Assembly (NCBI GenBank): GCA_029717555.1 | Contig: JAMDHS010000107.1 | Span: forward strand, 1 to 64,000 | Direction of reading: 5' to 3' | Origin: Peribolospora baueri | Lineage: Eukaryota | DNA length: 64,000 nt | In this document: positions 62,276 to 64,000 of the stretch, one piece after another | Layout: every line of letters begins with the position of its first letter | Position numbering within the stretch: the first letter of the stretch is position 1 | Position numbers and translations under genes: made by a program | The notes under the pieces: model-generated | Seen by the model: only the letters and a program-made list of their open reading frames with translations | Told to the model about the DNA's origin: nothing | Databases searched by the model: none

Positions 62276-63650
62276 CTAGGATGCCGGGGTCGGAGCGAGA
62301 GACGCCGCATTGGCGTGGGGACGGCCCCCTAAGACGGCGATGAGACGAGTGACACCAAAACCCAAGTCGGACGGAGCTGCACCGCCAGCCCCGCATCGGA
62401 CTGATTGACACCTGTCTCGCCGCGTTCTGTCGTCCCTGCCGTGCTCGTAAAGTGGTTCGGGCGAGAAGAGGGATATCTCAATGGCGCCACACCACGTCGC
62501 CCTCTGCGTCGCGCAGATAGATACTGGAAGCTGATGATCAGGGTCGTGGAGCAAAACCAGACGTAAGCGCGGGTTGTACCGCACGCGTCCAGTATCTATC
62601 TGCGCGACGCAGAGGGCCAGGTATATGCACATCACAAGGATCAGCGTGTGCTTCAGATTCAAAGGCCAGAAGTCGACATAAGGATGGGGCAGGCCCCCAT
62701 CGTCACCATCGTCCCCGTCGTCGCCGACGTGGCGCCACATAAGCCGTCGGAGGTGGCCATCCGGGCCGCCTCGCGGCGTCGCGAAGAAAATCTCCGGATC
62801 ATCGTTGACGATGTCCTCCTCTGTGATGTCCTTGAGGACGGTGACCGTCCCGGACATCACAGCCTTGGGCCCGGCGATGCGACCGACCTGGTGTGACGGC
62901 GCCGAGCGGAGGAAGGATAAATGCGCCTCGAAGTGGGCGCGAATTTCCGCTCGCAGCCGTTCGGTGTCGGCCGGAGGCGGTACTCGACCGGTCGTCCCTC
63001 TCCTACCGCCGAGAACCTGCCTGGCGATGTTTTGCAAAGGGGCCGGGGGTCTCCAATCGTCGTAAAACCCGCCCGCGGCGCTGTTGGTGAGGGTGGGTCC
63101 GCCAAGAGCGACCAGGTGGCGCTCAATGTCTTGCAAATCCTGCCTGGTGCGGATAGCGGTCGCGGCCGGCAGCTCAACTTGCACGCCTTTACACGCATAC
63201 ACCGTCCACGCGCCGGACAGCTTGCTCCAGTTACCCATGCGCGTGTTCACGACGGCGTTTTCGTCGTTCACCACCCGTTGTGTCGGTGTGTCATGCCGAC
63301 GTATTTGGAGTTTACGTCGTCATCACGGTGCTGCATGCCCTGAGGACGGCGGAGTGGCATTGATCCGCCGGGTACTTTTGTCCGTAACTTTCCGCCCGGG
63401 CGTCCAGGTCGGGCGGAGGCAAGCGCTCTTGCTGGCGGAGGTACACCTGGAAGACAAAGGGCCAACGCGGGTCGACGTTCTGCTCAGCCTCCTCGCGCTG
63501 CAGGGCGTCCGGCCAGGCGGCGGGATCGAAACCCAGCGTGTCTACCGCGAAGGCAAGGAGCGCGAGATGATTATTCTCGCGCACCAGATGGACGAGGCCG
63601 GGGTTGTCCGCGTCGATGGGCCTGCTCGCTCGACTGCCAAACCGCGTTTT
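62276..63650 (-). pseudogene. Frameshifted gene with GIY-YIG-nuclease-like motifs
   Basis: Three consecutive overlapping frames: QVYLR (63312-63584), KYVGMT (63268-63465), then DIERHLVALGGPTLTNSAAGG (62276-63274); no clean introns bridge the frames. Confidence 0.4.
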
Positions 63651-64000
63651 TCATATTGGCGTCACCTAAGCGCGTGGTGTCTGCTGATGTAGAGCTTTTC
63701 GAGCCGAGAGGCGTATCCCAAGGCAGGATCTCTGAATTAATGAAAAACAATGGAAGTAGGGTTTGCCCTCAACCAAGTGAAAGCCTGAAAGCTTGTAGAT
63801 AAAAGGTAAGGTAACAGTGGAAGTCGCCGTCATATTTACACAAATATCAATGACAGCTCATAGCTGACAGCTTTGACAAGTCCTGCTTCCCTGAATATCC
63901 TTCCGACGCGCCATACATAGGCGACGATCGCCTTCTCCCTTTCTTGTATGTACGCGTCTTCCTTTATGTTCATAAAAGCAGCCTTCTTACGACAGTCCTG

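Noticed and set aside
1..64000. CRISPR arrays, tRNA/rRNA genes, intact transposons, pheromone (CAAX) genes, TGA-CTA read-through PTS1 extensions
   Set aside because: None seen by eye; repeats are simple microsatellites and the stop-codon contexts checked lack the read-through motif

Overview
Eukaryotic, GC-rich, intron-rich fungal DNA. GT(R)AGT donors, CTGAC/CTAAC branch points, a CAP64-like gene and CYP53 point to a basidiomycete yeast, probably a tremellomycete (inference). About 18 protein genes are recognisable: a 3-RRM protein, an ORT1-like mitochondrial carrier, HIS5, SRP19/SEC65, RPS26, ALG13, a CAP64/CAS3-like protein, a UPF0739/DUF4504 protein, a TGL2-like lipase, a Zn2Cys6 transcription factor, MSL5/BBP, CYP53, CDC20, SET1, a 1274-aa orphan membrane protein, an LCB3-like phosphatase, a hexokinase and a frameshifted GIY-YIG-like gene. 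The main discovery is invisible in the ORF track. At 16.4-18.1 kb on the minus strand lies a spliced non-coding host transcript with 20-29 nt micro-exons, and each of its four introns carries a guide RNA. Three are snR57-, snR61- and snR55-like box C/D snoRNAs. The fourth is a ~490-nt RNA with apparent composite C/D + H/ACA (U85-scaRNA-like) architecture, whose guides match U6 snRNA on both sides of the ACAGAGA box (Am47 and Psi40, human numbering). Other notable items are a duplicated alternative terminal TM exon in the LCB3-like gene, FUBP/PSI-type YY motifs on the tail of BBP/SF1, and two candidate N-termini for hexokinase. Exon boundaries were read by eye and RNA target assignments use remembered consensus rRNA/U6 sequences, so both need computational confirmation.
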